DNA of 64,000 bases from Candidatus Bathyarchaeia archaeon (GTDB lineage Archaea > Thermoproteota > Bathyarchaeia > Bathyarchaeales > Bathycorpusculaceae): the NCBI GenBank assembly GCA_049512935.1, contig JBEKWR010000007.1, positions 41,815 through 105,814 of the forward strand, written 5' to 3'. The translations under genes were made by a program, and so were the position numbers. The notes below the pieces were generated by a model, which worked only from the letters and a program-made list of their open reading frames with translations, did not search any database and was not told where the DNA came from. Below, piece after piece: positions 22,204 through 30,419 of this stretch; positions within the stretch are counted from its first letter, which is position 1; each line of letters starts with the position of its first letter.

Positions 22204-23262
22204 TTACATTTTTTCGGCGTACTTAGCAGCGAGTTTGAAGTAGGCTTGGGCTTGTTTGGTTGCGCCCGCTTTTTCGTTTTTGCTTATGCTGGGGTCATCT
22301 AGCCTAAAGCTGATTACTTTCCCGCGCACGTAGGCTCTGTAGCACTTGTAAAACTCAAGCACCTCAGTTATGTCCCGGTCCTTTGAATACGCAGCGTATC
22401 TTTCTATGAAGTAGGTGGCTAAGTAGGGCCTTCGTTGAAAGTCAAGGTCCATGGCTAAGAAGGCGACGTCAGAAGCCACATCTGAATACCTGAAGCGGTC
22501 GTTGAATTCTATGGCGTCGAAAATGCAGATCTTGTCAGTTATGAAAATGTTCCCCGAATGTAAATCGCCGTGGCAGTCCCTGATTTTGCCGCTGCTTATT
22601 CTGCCCTCGAAAAGCGGCTTGTTCGAATCCATGAAGGAGTTGACTTTGTTTTCGAGAACCGGGTAATCCGTCGCTGAAATTGTTTGGTTTACGTATTTCT
22701 TTGTTTGAGCGAAATTTTCGTCCCAATTAGTCTTAATGATTTTAAGTGAGCCGAAGCCGTTTATTTCTCCGTTTGTTTGCGCGTTCAAATGGAACCGCGC
22801 GATTATTTTCGCCAGCTCATCAATCGTTTTGGCGTCAACCTTGTTCTCTTTGAGAAGAACAGTCATGATTTTTTCTTGAGGTAGCCGCTTCATTTTTAAG
22901 GCGTACTCAACTGCTTCGCCGTCGCCTTCTATCTTGATAACGTTTGACTTGTTAATGGGCACAACTTTTAGGTAAATGTCTGGGCAAAGCCGCCTGTTGA
23001 TCTCTAACTCTTTCTCGCAGAAAAACCGTCTTTTTTCCAGCGTCGAAAAATCCAGAAAACCGAAATTCACCGCCTTCTTGACTTTGTAAACGAATTCTTC
23101 CGTGAGGAAAACGAATGAGATGTGGGTTTGGATAAGCTCGATTTTGCCTGTGTCTTCACCGTAGGCTTGCGGGGTTAAGAGCGCGTCGACTACTTGTTTC
23201 TGGGTTTGCACGTTTTGCATGGTCCCGTTTCTTCCTTGAATTGTATACTCTTGCTGCGGCAT
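22204..23262 (-). CDS. APH/kinase-like protein (N-terminal half of Rv2004c-type proteins)
   Basis: QTHISFVF, YKVKKAVNFGFLDFST, CHGDLHSGN, FDAIEFNDRFR, YRAYVRGKV; start may be ATG 23220. Confidence 0.85.
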   Translation of the reverse strand: MPQQEYTIQGRNGTMQNVQTQKQVVDALLTPQAYGEDTGKIELIQTHISFVFLTEEFVYKVKKAVNFGFLDFSTLEKRRFFCEKELEINRRLCPDIYLKVVPINKSNVIKIEGDGEAVEYALKMKRLPQEKIMTVLLKENKVDAKTIDELAKIIARFHLNAQTNGEINGFGSLKIIKTNWDENFAQTKKYVNQTISATDYPVLENKVNSFMDSNKPLFEGRISSGKIRDCHGDLHSGNIFITDKICIFDAIEFNDRFRYSDVASDVAFLAMDLDFQRRPYLATYFIERYAAYSKDRDITEVLEFYKCYRAYVRGKVISFRLDDPSISKNEKAGATKQAQAYFKLAAKYAEKM

Positions 23263-23326
23263 CCAATAAAGTTAGAGTAGATTTTTAAGGAATCGCTTGC
23301 TTAAGGCATTGATGATGTGAGGCGAA

Positions 23327-23425
23327 ATGGAGAAGGACACATTGGTTGAAGACCTCAAGAAGGCTCTCTTAAGGTGTGGCTACTCGGCTGCAACCGTAGA
23401 GAAAATACTCAAGTGGTATGTTTAG
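23327..23425 (+). CDS. 32-aa small protein
   Basis: Read by hand: MEKDTLVEDLKKALLRCGYSAATVEKILKWYV; GTGAGG upstream and TTTTTAA at 23282. Confidence 0.55.
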   Translation: MEKDTLVEDLKKALLRCGYSAATVEKILKWYV

Positions 23426-24044
23426 CCGATTGAAACCCTTTCACATAATCCAGGACCGCTTCAGCTTGCTCCTTTGAAATATGCCCGTTTTTGCAAAGCG
23501 AGCTAACGAGGTCAGACACTTTGGCTAAAGCGTTCACCTTAAAACCCAACTTCTCCAAGTTTTCCTTGCCGCCCTGCTCACGGTTTACGACGACAAGAAA
23601 ATGCTTAACGGTACCGCCGAGCTCTTGGAGAGGCTTAATTCCTTCAATTTTAGATAACCCCTCGCTTATCACGTCATCGAAGAACAGAATTTGGTCGCCT
23701 TTTTCAACGTCTGCCCCAGCGATTCTTCCCGTGACGCCGTAGGCCTTTTCCTCTTTTCTGACGATGATGCATGGCAAGTTTAGTTTGCAGGCGATGCTTG
23801 GCACGATCAACGCGCCTTTTAGCTCGATGGAAGCCAGCTTGTCTATTCTGTCAGAAGCCATTATCTGCTTTACCTGCTTGGAGGCTACTTCCGCTATTGT
23901 GCACAGCTGTGTTGGTGAGGCTAAGAGGCGGGCGAGGTCAATGTAGTACGGGCTGATTGCTCCAGATTTGATTTTGAAGCTTCCGAACTTTAAGCATCCG
24001 GACAGGTAGAGAGCCTCAGCCACTTTATCGGTGACAATCGACAT
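23409..24044 (-). CDS. pyrE: Orotate phosphoribosyltransferase
   Basis: FGSFKIKSGAISPYYIDL, RKEEKAYG, FFDDVISEG (PRPP motif), VVNREQGG. Confidence 0.88.
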   Translation of the reverse strand: MSIVTDKVAEALYLSGCLKFGSFKIKSGAISPYYIDLARLLASPTQLCTIAEVASKQVKQIMASDRIDKLASIELKGALIVPSIACKLNLPCIIVRKEEKAYGVTGRIAGADVEKGDQILFFDDVISEGLSKIEGIKPLQELGGTVKHFLVVVNREQGGKENLEKLGFKVNALAKVSDLVSSLCKNGHISKEQAEAVLDYVKGFQSAKHTT

Positions 24045-24111
24045 ATGATTTATCCCTGTTGTGAATGTAAAATAGGAAATTTAACCCTTTACCAGCAAGA
24101 TAACGTGCAGC

Positions 24112-25083
24112 TTAAGCTACCAGGTCCGCGATGTCAACGGCGTGCTCGTAGATCTGTCTGAGAAAGGAGGCTGCCGCCAAAATTTGAGGCATCAAATCCA
24201 CCGAAGACTCCTTCGCCACACGTTCTATGCAGGTGTAATTTGCATCGACGTTTCCGCGCATGTTGCGCACGCTCTCAGCCAAGTTTATGTCCTTAGTCAC
24301 GAAAGACTTCAACGCCTGCTCATGAGCCTCGTAACACATAGTTTGCAGATCGATCAGCAACTTCTGCAGTTCGCCTGAGAACTTTACTCCGTTAAGCGCA
24401 ATGGTTTTTGCCGCAACCTGGACACTCGCGTCGCCTATGCCTTCGATTAAGCTTGCAGCCAAACGGTAATCCAGACATTCAATCGGGGATATTCCAAGTT
24501 TCTCGTTTAGCCGTGGATTTTGAATTATGGTCCGCAGAATTCTGACCAGCAAGAAATACAGCCTGTTGCTTTCGTCATCCCTTGCGATAACGTTCTTAGC
24601 CAACTCGACGTCTCCGTAGACGAAAGAGTTAGCCGCGTCGCGGATCATGCCAGCAACAATAGCGTAGTTGCGTTGCAAGATCTTTTCAGGCGAAGTGGAA
24701 GGCTGCTGCATCAAGCTGTGCAACGAGATTTTTGAGCTGGTTTCCTCAAAGATCTCTAAACCCGACAGGGAACTGGCGGTCGATTTTACTACGCTTCTGA
24801 CGGTAGAGTCGATGCGGTCCTTTGATTCGATGTCTATAGTGTCATAGCCGAGAAGGTAGCGACCAACGATTTCCCGAGCAAGATGCGGTCCAACTGCCAA
24901 AGAGGTGGTTTTGGTTGGCGGCTCAGCGTTGTACTCGGCGTCAACGACAAGTTTGCCGTCGCTTGTTACATCCAAGCATACTAAAGTGCCCTTTTTCAAC
25001 CCTGTCTTTCTAGCCCAGTCTCTGGGCAAACAAACAAAAAAGGTGCCTGTAGGTGTTTGTTGAATCTTGCGCAGATCAGCCAT
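24112..25083 (-). CDS. phoU: AbrB-PhoU phosphate uptake regulator
   Basis: RKIQQTPTGTFFVCLPRDW (AbrB), YLLGYD, RDDESNRLYF; likely ATG 25083. Confidence 0.85.
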   Translation of the reverse strand: MADLRKIQQTPTGTFFVCLPRDWARKTGLKKGTLVCLDVTSDGKLVVDAEYNAEPPTKTTSLAVGPHLAREIVGRYLLGYDTIDIESKDRIDSTVRSVVKSTASSLSGLEIFEETSSKISLHSLMQQPSTSPEKILQRNYAIVAGMIRDAANSFVYGDVELAKNVIARDDESNRLYFLLVRILRTIIQNPRLNEKLGISPIECLDYRLAASLIEGIGDASVQVAAKTIALNGVKFSGELQKLLIDLQTMCYEAHEQALKSFVTKDINLAESVRNMRGNVDANYTCIERVAKESSVDLMPQILAAASFLRQIYEHAVDIADLVA

Positions 25084-25204
25084 GGTGATGCCTCGAACGT
25101 GATATAACACATCTAAACCTGAGTTCAATTATATAAACCAAATTGGTTTTGACTAATTAACCGTCGCCGCAAAAATCGTTAAGGCGCATCGACGGCTCTT
25201 GGTT

Positions 25205-25293
25205 AAGCGTAAGAGCGTAAACCCGATAGAGGTAAATCGCCTTGAAAAATGAAAAGCGGTAAATAAGTCAAAAGCGTAAGAGCGTAAGCGTAA
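25205..25293 (+). repeat. 16-bp direct repeat AAGCGTAAGAGCGTAA x2 plus an extra GCGTAA
   Basis: Copies at 25205-25220 and 25272-25287, in the phoU/DP1 divergent gap. Confidence 0.75.
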
Positions 25294-25323
25294 AGTGCAT
25301 TCACTTCTGATGAGCGAAGCGCA

Positions 25324-26892
25324 ATGAGCGAGCAAGAAAAGCTTCAAGAAGCGATTCAAGCAACCATCGCAGCGGGATACCAGTTAGACAGCGAAGCCTT
25401 CGAATTCCTAAGTCAAAACGCAGACACGACTGACCCGGTCAACTTAATGAATTTGGCTCTTCAAAGGCTAGCAGCCCTAGAAGAAAAACCCTTCTTCATC
25501 GACAAAGTCTTCCTAGAAGCCTTAATGCAACAGCTAACAGTGCCCGCCGCGGAACTCGAGCCTGAGCCGCAGCAAAACGTCGTTGAGCAGCCGGCGCCAG
25601 CAGTCGTAGACCAAACAAGCATCAGTGAAAGCGCCTTTTACCCCTACGCCAAGGACATAAAGGCGGAAATTAGCGTTCTGGAAGACGCCACGGGCAAGCT
25701 TAGCTCCAACGGGTCCATCGAGGAATACCTTCAATACTTTCAGGACAGGTTCAGACGGATCGAACGTTTACTAAGGCAGAGAATCGACGTTAGGGCTGCA
25801 ACGCCGATCCTTGAAGCTCTCAAATCGCCTGCCAAAACCAAGCTTAAAATAATCTGCATGGTAAGCGAAAAAAGAGATTCAAAAAACCAGATGATACTTT
25901 CGGTTGAAGACCTGCAGGGAACCGCAACCGTTCTGGTGCCTCAAAAAGCGCCCGAGGAAGTCCGCAAAAAAGCACTTATGCTTATGCCAGACCAAGTCGT
26001 GTGCCTGGCGGTGATAAAAACAAGAAGCAACCTTTTCCTTGCCGAAGACATCATTTTTCCCGAAATCGGCAGAAAAACGCAGCAGAGAGCCCAGGAACCA
26101 GTCTTCGCCGTTTTAACGTCAGACCTTCACATCGGCAGCACCAAATTCGAAAAAGAGGCGTTCAAACGGTTCATACTTTGGCTTAGAGGCAAATACGGAG
26201 ACGAGCAGATGAGGATGATAGCGGGCAGAGTAAAGTACGTGCTTATCGCTGGCGACATAGTCGACGGGGTCGGGGTGTACCCGGGCCAAGCGAAAGAACT
26301 GTCCATAAGAGATGTGCATAAACAGTACGTCTTCGCGTTCAAATACCTCGAGAAAATTCCAAGCTACATTGAAATAATCATTTCTCCAGGAAACCATGAC
26401 GCCACACGCAAAGCCCTTCCGCAACCAGCCATACCTGAAGGTTACCTCAAGGGGATGCTGGGAAAAAGCAACATCCGCTCAGTCGGAAGCCCGTGCCTCC
26501 TTAGCCTGCACGGCGTGGAAGTTTTGATGTACCACGGCCGCAGTTTAGACGACATAATTGGTGTTGTGCCTGGAATGGACCATGATCACCCCGAGAAAGC
26601 GATGAAGCTGCTTATGCAAAGCCGCCATCTGGGTCCAGCTTACGGAGGGAAAACCATGCTTTCCCCTGAAAACCGTGACTACTTAGTCATCGATAGGGTG
26701 CCAGACATCTTTCACGCTGGGCACATCCACGTGCTGGGCTACTGCAACTATCGGGGAGTCCTCGTCGTTAACTCAGGCGGCTGGCAAAGCCAGACCGACT
26801 ACATGGAAAAACTCGGGTTGGTTCCAACGCCAGGAAAAGTTCCAGTGGTAAACCTGCAAACGCTTGAAACCACCATACTCTCGTTTCTTTGA
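25324..26892 (+). CDS. polB: DNA polymerase D small subunit DP1
   Basis: YFQDRF, SDLHIGS, AGDIVDGVGVYPGQ, PGNHD, YHGRSLDD, RHLGP, HAGHIH. Confidence 0.95.
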   Translation: MSEQEKLQEAIQATIAAGYQLDSEAFEFLSQNADTTDPVNLMNLALQRLAALEEKPFFIDKVFLEALMQQLTVPAAELEPEPQQNVVEQPAPAVVDQTSISESAFYPYAKDIKAEISVLEDATGKLSSNGSIEEYLQYFQDRFRRIERLLRQRIDVRAATPILEALKSPAKTKLKIICMVSEKRDSKNQMILSVEDLQGTATVLVPQKAPEEVRKKALMLMPDQVVCLAVIKTRSNLFLAEDIIFPEIGRKTQQRAQEPVFAVLTSDLHIGSTKFEKEAFKRFILWLRGKYGDEQMRMIAGRVKYVLIAGDIVDGVGVYPGQAKELSIRDVHKQYVFAFKYLEKIPSYIEIIISPGNHDATRKALPQPAIPEGYLKGMLGKSNIRSVGSPCLLSLHGVEVLMYHGRSLDDIIGVVPGMDHDHPEKAMKLLMQSRHLGPAYGGKTMLSPENRDYLVIDRVPDIFHAGHIHVLGYCNYRGVLVVNSGGWQSQTDYMEKLGLVPTPGKVPVVNLQTLETTILSFL

Positions 26893-26906
26893 AGCGCGTA
26901 TCCTGA

Positions 26907-28133
26907 TTAAGGCTTGTGAAGCGCCTGCGGAGAGTAGTTGATCAATTGGCTGAACCTTGCATCATCATTAAACACGTCTCTGATGAGGCTTCTTGAAATT
27001 TCAAGCCTGATCTTCTTGGTTCTGCCGTAGCGGCCCATGCTTACAACTTTCGCGTTGACGAGACCCATCGAATCAAGCTCATTAATCAACGTGCCTAACC
27101 GACGCTGCGTCAGAAGGCCAGCGCCAAACTCGCCGCAAAGCTCGTTGTAGATGTCGTATATTTCGCCTGTAGTTGCGTTTGGCTTGTTCAGGTGATAAAC
27201 GCTGAGAAGCACCAGTTTCGAGTGGAGAGTTAAGTTCTTGAGAGATTCAATCACGCGGTTATGTTCAATATGCTTTTCAGCTAAGCGCACATGCTCTTCT
27301 GTGACAAGCTTGGCGCCTTGCCGCTCCGCAACTTCTCCTGCGACCCGCAACAAGTCCAGAGCTCGCCGCGCGTCCCCATGCTCCGCAGCAGCCAAAGCTG
27401 AACAAACATTCAACGCTGATTCAGACAATACGCCCTCTCGGAAAGACAACTTTGAACGTTCAGACAGAATGTTCCTCAGTTCCGCGGCGTCGTAGGGTCT
27501 AAAAACAAGTTCCTCTTCGCTGAGCGAACTGAAAACTCGGGGATCTAAGAACTCTTTCAGTCGGAGATCGTTTGAGATACCGATTATAGACACTTTGCTC
27601 TTGCTTAGTGTTTCGTTTATCCGTGTCAACTCGTACATGAAGGCGTCCCCCTTATCTTTTATAAGTGCATCAATCTCGTCAAGAACAATGATGAAAATAA
27701 TTCGTGACGAGTCCAGGCCCGCTCTGAACCTGTCAAAAACTTCTCCAACGGATAAACCCGTAAACGGAATGTTCATGCCTACGCTTTGACTCAGGCTTGC
27801 AAAAACTCGGTATTCAGAACCTGTCATTCGGCAGTTTATGTAACAGAACTTTACCTTCGAGCCGTATTCTTTCGCTTTGAACTCCAGATGACTCAAAACA
27901 TACTTTGCTACTGCCGTTTTGCCGGTCCCCGTTTTTCCATAAATGAAAATGTTCGAGCATCTTGCGTCCCTGAGAACTGGAGCAACCGTTTCTCCGAGCA
28001 GTTTTATTTGTTCTTCCCTGTGCGGCAATCTTTCAGGAATGTAATCGTGCCTCAAAACTTCTCGGTCCTTGAACAATTTGACGCCGTTAACGAAACTCTC
28101 GAATACATCATCTAATACGTTTGAATTCCCCAT
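26907..28133 (-). CDS. cdc6: Orc1/Cdc6 replication initiator
   Basis: LPHREEQI, YGKTGTGKT, VLDEID, LDPRVFSSL, GDARRALDLLR, MGRYGRTK. Confidence 0.96.
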   Translation of the reverse strand: MGNSNVLDDVFESFVNGVKLFKDREVLRHDYIPERLPHREEQIKLLGETVAPVLRDARCSNIFIYGKTGTGKTAVAKYVLSHLEFKAKEYGSKVKFCYINCRMTGSEYRVFASLSQSVGMNIPFTGLSVGEVFDRFRAGLDSSRIIFIIVLDEIDALIKDKGDAFMYELTRINETLSKSKVSIIGISNDLRLKEFLDPRVFSSLSEEELVFRPYDAAELRNILSERSKLSFREGVLSESALNVCSALAAAEHGDARRALDLLRVAGEVAERQGAKLVTEEHVRLAEKHIEHNRVIESLKNLTLHSKLVLLSVYHLNKPNATTGEIYDIYNELCGEFGAGLLTQRRLGTLINELDSMGLVNAKVVSMGRYGRTKKIRLEISRSLIRDVFNDDARFSQLINYSPQALHKP

Positions 28134-28140
28134 TCCCTCA

Positions 28141-28181
28141 CGCCCTTATTTTCAGAGGCACAACCGTTATTTCGAGTGGAA
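28141..28181 (-). promoter_or_regulatory. Two mini-ORB-like sites in the cdc6 leader
   Basis: Minus strand TTCCACTCGAAATAACGG and TGCCTCTGAAAATAAGGGCG, 21 bp apart, downstream of TTATAA near 28213. Confidence 0.6.
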
Positions 28182-28280
28182 CAGATAAAGCATGTAGTAC
28201 AAAAAACTGGTCTTATAACACAACTATCCTAAAAATCAATGAAAGCCTGCTATGACAATCAGGCAAATGCAGAGGTACAC

Positions 28281-28303
28281 ACACCCCAAAGTTTCTACTG
28301 GAA
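28281..28303 (-). promoter_or_regulatory. ORB 1
   Basis: TTCCAGTAGAAACTTTGGGGTGT. Confidence 0.85.
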
Positions 28304-28468
28304 AAAGCTAACCAAGCAAAGGAAAAACAATTAATTAAAATATATTTTATATATACTCTGAGTTGTTAATGCGAAATTAATATATTAAGAACATTGATTC
28401 AAGATTTTAGATTAAATTTCTGCAAAAATTTTTTCAGAGATTTCTAAGCTTCTTTTCTGCCTGAAAGC

Positions 28469-28491
28469 TTCGAGAGGAAACGTAGGGGTGT
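28469..28491 (+). promoter_or_regulatory. ORB 2
   Basis: TTCGAGAGGAAACGTAGGGGTGT. Confidence 0.85.
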
Positions 28492-28494
28492 CTG

Positions 28495-28923
28495 TTCACC
28501 TTTTTTTCCATGGTAAATTCTTACATCAGGGTCTTTGATTTCGGCTTTGTCTATGTAAGCATTGCCGAAACTCAGCGAAAAATCTCTCAAGCAGCATTAT
28601 TGCTTCACAGGCCTCTTTTTCCGTTCACAAAACTGTGAATACATGTGAATTAGCATTGCATTTGTCGCTTAATCACCTCTATTTTCTTCGCAATTACCAG
28701 ATTTATGTCCTTTTACAGTGAACGGGGCACCCCTACGCTTCTACTGGAAAAGCAGAACTAAGCCGTAACTGCAATTTTTCAGCTGTTCCAATTTTGTGTG
28801 AAGTCGGTTATGTTGAACGGAAGGAAAACCCACCGCCTTTTCTTAAAATAAGCTCGTTACTGTGTTTTTACTTTTGCTGCTTTCACCGTAACAGCTATAA
28901 GTTGTGAAGTGTAAAGTTGTGAA
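28495..28923. repeat. Dispersed GTGAA/TTCAC pentamer array (10 copies)
   Basis: Hand-counted starts 28495, 28604, 28624, 28635, 28645, 28718, 28798, 28882, 28904, 28919. Confidence 0.7.
28727..28749 (-). promoter_or_regulatory. ORB 3
   Basis: TTCCAGTAGAAGCGTAGGGGTGC. Confidence 0.85.
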
Positions 28924-28945
28924 CCCCCTAAAGAGTGTGCACCTG

Positions 28946-29377
28946 ATGCCAGCTCGTAAGATGCGTGTGGAGCTGTTCGACAGCGAAGGAAACCGTTACA
29001 CAATTGCTTTTGAGGGACAAGTGACGCGGGACAAAGCCATAAAACTCTTGGACCTTGTGGAACTGCTGGGTGGTGTGCCAACTGAAGACTCAACTGCAAG
29101 ATCGGCGTCTGCTTTGCCTAACAGTGTTCTTTCACGTTTCGAAAAGGTGCAAGGGGTTATCCAGAAAAGTTTTCCGTTGATTTGGTTTTCTTCAAAGGAC
29201 ATTCAGTCAGTTTATGAGCAGGAACTTAAAGAGCCAGTTAGCCTGAGCACGGTTTCCACTTACCTGTCCAGGATGGCGAGCAAAGGCATGCTTCTCAGAA
29301 CGGGTGGGTCCGCCAACTTAAAGTACAAAACAGCTCCCAGCATTCCTCAGGCCAGCATAAAACAGCGCGTCAAGTAA
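28946..29377 (+). CDS. Origin-adjacent hypothetical protein with C-terminal winged HTH
   Basis: MPARKMRVELFDSEGNRYTIAFEG N-domain; FSSKDIQSVYEQELKEPVSLSTVSTYLSRMASKGMLLRTG wHTH pattern. Confidence 0.8.
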   Translation: MPARKMRVELFDSEGNRYTIAFEGQVTRDKAIKLLDLVELLGGVPTEDSTARSASALPNSVLSRFEKVQGVIQKSFPLIWFSSKDIQSVYEQELKEPVSLSTVSTYLSRMASKGMLLRTGGSANLKYKTAPSIPQASIKQRVK

Positions 29378-29395
29378 ACGTGAGCGCCGTGCACG

Positions 29396-30130
29396 TTAAG
29401 TTGGTTGAAGGCTTTCGGTTTTCTTCAAAAGTTTTTCCATTTCCGTTTTGATGCTGTACCTGAAGGGTATCTTTCCTGCTTCCCTTTCAACGTAGCCGCC
29501 TTCGTAGAGTTTCTTCATAAGCCTTGCAGTGTGTTCTCTGCTAAGGTGCACTTTCTCTTTGATTTCAGGAGCCGTCTTCGGGCCTTCCGAAGACAACATT
29601 TCCAGCACCTCGATTTCGGTGGTCGTCAACGCCGCCATCGCTTTGTCCCGCCTGATTGGCATCACGGGAATGATTGTTTCAGCCTTGACTTCTGGCGCCA
29701 CGGTGAGCTTTTGGATTTGCTCGTCGAAACCTGCGATTCTTGCCTTCACCGCCTCCTGGGCCGCTTCGACGTCCTTGACTTTTGCATCCAAAACAGTTAA
29801 GCCCGAAAGCACCCCCGCGCCGGTCTGCTTGACGCTCTGAGCAACTGCGCTGATCTGATCCTCCATCGGCGTTATCTTTTTTTCCAGTGCTTCTGACTTC
29901 TTGATGCTTTCATCAGTTTTTGCAAAATTACCCTCGACCTTAAATGCAACAAGATCCAGTTTTTCAGTTTCACGCTGAAGTTCTCTGTGGAAACTCCCAA
30001 CAATGTCTTCAACAAGATTCTTGGCTTTTTCGTATTCTTTTTGGGCTTTGCGAACCTGCGTATAGTATTCCACAGATGTCGTTACCGTTACTGCAGCCAG
30101 AACTGCCAAGATTACTAGTGCGAAATCAAT
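29396..30130 (-). CDS. Membrane-anchored coiled-coil protein with C-terminal wHTH (MarR-like)
   Basis: Frame is open upstream of TTG 30109, giving IDFALVILAVLAAVTVTTSVEYY; then about 120 aa of heptad-rich helix; then LTTTEIEVLEML..TAPEIKEKVHLSREHTARLMKKLYEGGYVER; start codon uncertain. Confidence 0.8.
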   Translation of the reverse strand: MDFALVILAVLAAVTVTTSVEYYTQVRKAQKEYEKAKNLVEDIVGSFHRELQRETEKLDLVAFKVEGNFAKTDESIKKSEALEKKITPMEDQISAVAQSVKQTGAGVLSGLTVLDAKVKDVEAAQEAVKARIAGFDEQIQKLTVAPEVKAETIIPVMPIRRDKAMAALTTTEIEVLEMLSSEGPKTAPEIKEKVHLSREHTARLMKKLYEGGYVEREAGKIPFRYSIKTEMEKLLKKTESLQPT

Positions 30131-30131
30131 C

Positions 30132-30419
30132 GTGATTTGCTACCCCTGTGACGAGTGCGTGATTTAATCGGTTGCATCACACATCACAGTTATGCATGGA
30201 CTTTTTAAGGGTTACGGTGATGTGCGCAGATGCCAACTATGATGTCACACATCACGCAATTTTACAGCTCTTCTCCAAGATAATTTGGGTCTTTCTGATC
30301 TCCTTAATTTAGGCTTATTTTGTTATTCATGGATAGAATATTGCCCTTTTAATCGTGCTTTTCTGTGCTCACATTTTTCAGCAAAATCTCTTTGAAAAAG
30401 CCGTGATTTGTGATGTCAC
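30132..30419. repeat. GTGAT/ATCAC array A (8 copies plus 3 GTGAC/GTCAC)
   Basis: Starts 30132, 30159, 30176, 30183, 30217, 30251, 30403, 30410; GTGAC/GTCAC at 30148, 30244, 30415. Confidence 0.8.

Larger units (their letters stand above)
28141..28900. other. Replication origin oriC
   Basis: About 800-bp intergenic region upstream of cdc6 with three ORBs and a very AT-rich tract at about 28320-28450. Confidence 0.88.
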
